Of a DNA stretch of 64,000 bases, positions 62,401 through 64,000 are shown piece by piece; position 1 is the stretch's first letter; each line of letters opens with the position of its first letter. This DNA is from a bacterium. GTDB taxonomy: Bacteria; SAR324; NAC60-12. The position numbers were made by a program, and so were the translations under genes. The notes beneath the pieces were generated by a model. It ran no database searches. It worked only from the letters and a program-made list of their open reading frames with translations, and was not told the DNA's origin. The stretch covers positions 3,424,001 through 3,488,000 of the forward strand of contig OZ242383.1 in NCBI GenBank assembly GCA_965209155.1. The letters run 5' to 3'.

Positions 62401-62508
62401 ATATTGACGTTGCTCGTAACGGGGGTCTGTTCTGTCTTCTGCCCGGGTGTTCAAATATTGAGAGGGAAAAAGAAAGAACACCATCAATAAAATAAAAAGG
62501 GTTCTCAT
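59500..62508 (-). CDS. Exported M16A zinc peptidase (pitrilysin/insulinase family)
   Basis: Signal peptide, inverted zinc motif HFLEHMLFLGTEKYP, NAFT, LIGHEGKGSL, LRTHQQLGY. Confidence 0.93.
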   Translation of the reverse strand: MRTLFILLMVFFLFPSQYLNTRAEDRTDPRYEQRQYRRFVLPNSIKVILISDPTVHHGAASLSVAVGSLNDPDEHPGMAHFLEHMLFLGTEKYPEVGDDQKFLTSHDGFNNAFTADETTNYYFQVAGDHLEEALDRFAQFFIAPLFNPEFVTRELEVVESEYTQKKSSEHWRVLQVEASLFTPNHPAQKFRIGNLATLQNTSREDLLKFYNQYYSANLMTLAVLGKQNLDTLHEWVERYFSEIRNLQTSSPVIPQTFLKKSNQLRVVRIEPLKDTRSLKLTFPLPSVRHLYETKPTYALGHLIGHEGKGSLLSLLKKEGLATGLSAGATSRKSYGRFTVTVQLTPKGLEEYETVIKRVFQYIRLLRSTGFQVELFEELRQIAEIDYQFQEKTDGTDLVIGYASLLHYVPMPLVETAPFLYDRYDPHHFDSILYRLTPENMLVTLVAKGLKTDQIEPYFGAGYSYTEDSPGFIRELKKINPHMELQLPEKNIFIPENLDLIPSTTQFTLSYQSMVGLKKEKIPQSILDVLQTNQGIYWSSWQEFQKQLFPHQLQDIQPYQKLIFKHAQARPEKILDNEQAEIWFQQDLRFHTPKAELILLINTPLVYQSPRFAVLSQLYSNAINEGLNEFGYAALIAGLDFEFSTSKEGITVNVSGYSDRILALSGLLLSKLQEITIDEATFQSLKERRLRLYQNFQFNQAYHQAFYARSLLMEEKKFSVDQYQEIIRDISLEDLKAHAKSLYRNYFVQGVVYGNLEKEKVRQALQEMLQNLDGEPLTEDQLFKNTIVQINNSQDYIYSKKVKVDNSALLFGIQAGEMNPRLRGAMLIIANALRSWAYTELRTHQQLGYTVFGDVSWMEKTMGWMLVVQSDKYPPGTLQERVEAYIPKFIDQFKKIPDTEFETYRQSVINSQLDKSTTIAEEANFLFYQAFEKNAEFDYISDYIKAIEELTREEVMAILDDTLSLEKNPYLAIRMIGQSHTDIQGTGVVVQSFAQFKESQRNP

Positions 62509-62792
62509 GGTGCTTATTAGTTTGAAGGTTAGAGTACTTCTGTGAATTATTCTCCAGGGTGGTTAAAATAGAATGCTATGATTTTTATTTTATGCGTCTT
62601 TGCTTTTTTGTCAAGTATCGTTTGAAGGAGTACGACTTGAAAATTGAAAGACTGCATGTAAGGGTTCATCAGGTTGCCATCCCGGGTGTCATCTCGACCA
62701 CAGGAAGCAATCTCCATGATTCCCCGGTATGTGAGATGATGTCTGGGGATTCAACTCAATGAACCAGTAAACAGAAGCATTTGGAGATGCGT

Positions 62793-64000
62793 ATGAGTTC
62801 CGTAAAAGTGAGAGATTCGGTGGTTGCCCTCTTTACTTGTCAAAATCGTATATTTGTCATCCAAAGACAATCTTATTTAACAGTTTTTCCAGGTTACCAT
62901 TCATTTCCGGGAGGCAAAGTAGACCAGGAAGATTCGGATCAACCCTTTGAAATTCCGTTTCTTAGAAATCATAATGCCAGGTTGATGCATGCTCTTTGTC
63001 GTGAAATTGAAGAAGAATTGAACTTTGATTTAGTAGCCGCCATTTTAAAGGGTGAGGTGGAGCGTATTTCAAAATTCGGGTTCGCCATCACTCCCACATT
63101 CAATCCTATTCGCTTCCATGCCCGCTTTTTCAGAATTGAACTTGCATCCGAGATAGAGTTCAAGGCGGACAGTAACGAAACGGCATGGGCTGGTTGGCTC
63201 TCCGTACAGGAATTTATGAAAGAGTACCATCAGGGACAGATTCTGGCTGCTGTTCCTACTTTGCTTGTCATGGAGAGGTTCGCTGAAAATACGAATGTCA
63301 ATAATGCCCAACTACACTTGAGTTATGATCCGCAATATGAAGTACCCAGCATGCAACCCGTCTATCAGGTGTTGCAGATGCCAGTTCTATCTAATACCCT
63401 CCCACCTGCAGAAAGCACGAATGCTTTCATCCTGGGCGATGAAAGATGCGAGCGCTTCCTGATTGATCCTTCCCCGGCAACTACTAACGAATTGACTCGT
63501 TTGATCCATGTGGTCCGTTCCCTTCACATTACAGGCGTTTTTTTAACTCATCATCACAGGGATCACCATCAATATTCCAACAAATTGGCTCAAGAATTTA
63601 AAGTTCCAATGCGAATGAGTCGTGATTCCTACGAACGGATCTGCAAAAAATTTGGTGCTGACTATTTTGAGCAAATTAAAATCGAATTTGCTCGGGAAGG
63701 GGACGTGCTCACCAAATGGCTGGGTAAAAACATTCGAATATTCGAGATTCCCGGGCATGACGAAGGGCAATTGGGTTTAGCTCCAACGACAATGGAGTGG
63801 TTTCTGGTTGGAGATTTGATACAAGGTATCGGAACTGTCGTCATTGCCGCCCCGGAGGGAAATATGAAAAAATATTTCGCATCTTTGGAACGGGTTATCG
63901 CCTTGAATCCCAAAATCATCATTCCCTCCCATGGCATGCCTCTGAAAAGCACACTGTACCTCAAAAAGACTCTGGAGCACCGCCTGATGCGGGAAAGTCA
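62793..64000 (+). CDS. NUDIX + metallo-beta-lactamase-fold fusion protein, runs off window end (absent from ORF track)
   Basis: GGAG RBS; FPGGKVD..ALCREIEEEL, SNTLPPA..TNAF, LIDP, FLTHHHRDH, PGHD, VGDL, PSHG. Confidence 0.88.
   Translation, partial: MSSVKVRDSVVALFTCQNRIFVIQRQSYLTVFPGYHSFPGGKVDQEDSDQPFEIPFLRNHNARLMHALCREIEEELNFDLVAAILKGEVERISKFGFAITPTFNPIRFHARFFRIELASEIEFKADSNETAWAGWLSVQEFMKEYHQGQILAAVPTLLVMERFAENTNVNNAQLHLSYDPQYEVPSMQPVYQVLQMPVLSNTLPPAESTNAFILGDERCERFLIDPSPATTNELTRLIHVVRSLHITGVFLTHHHRDHHQYSNKLAQEFKVPMRMSRDSYERICKKFGADYFEQIKIEFAREGDVLTKWLGKNIRIFEIPGHDEGQLGLAPTTMEWFLVGDLIQGIGTVVIAAPEGNMKKYFASLERVIALNPKIIIPSHGMPLKSTLYLKKTLEHRLMRES

Overview
Bacterial chromosomal window of moderate GC. 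The gene content suggests a deltaproteobacterial/SAR324-like lineage, which is inference only. It is mostly housekeeping: thrS, asnS, aat, a PotABCD-like ABC transporter, hemA/hemC/hemB/hemH/hemL, pgsA, hisB/hisH, ndk, rsgA, rsmG, rlmN, larE, thiI, ribF, pyrC, surE, type-2 ileS, lon, an M16 peptidase and a NUDIX-MBL fusion. No rRNA, tRNA or CRISPR array was seen. The most striking structure is at ~54.8-55.36 kb: a four-helix-bundle (IVP/Avd-like) gene closed by a 43-bp inverted repeat with sense-strand G-U wobbles, nested between two IS200/IS605-like end hairpins with no transposase. Other accessory signals: (1) three copies of a MITE whose internal palindrome grows in exact 16-bp steps; (2) a second MITE; (3) a frameshifted ISNCY-type IS with an 8-bp target duplication; (4) a DUF4143 ATPase islet bounded by a duplication of the ndk 3' end; (5) an in-frame thiD'-'thiC deletion scar; (6) a cluster of gene fragments around a DUF4160/DUF2442 pair; (7) a 125-nt rod-shaped RNA candidate, possibly a short 6S RNA. 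All family calls come from motif recognition by eye; no searches were run.
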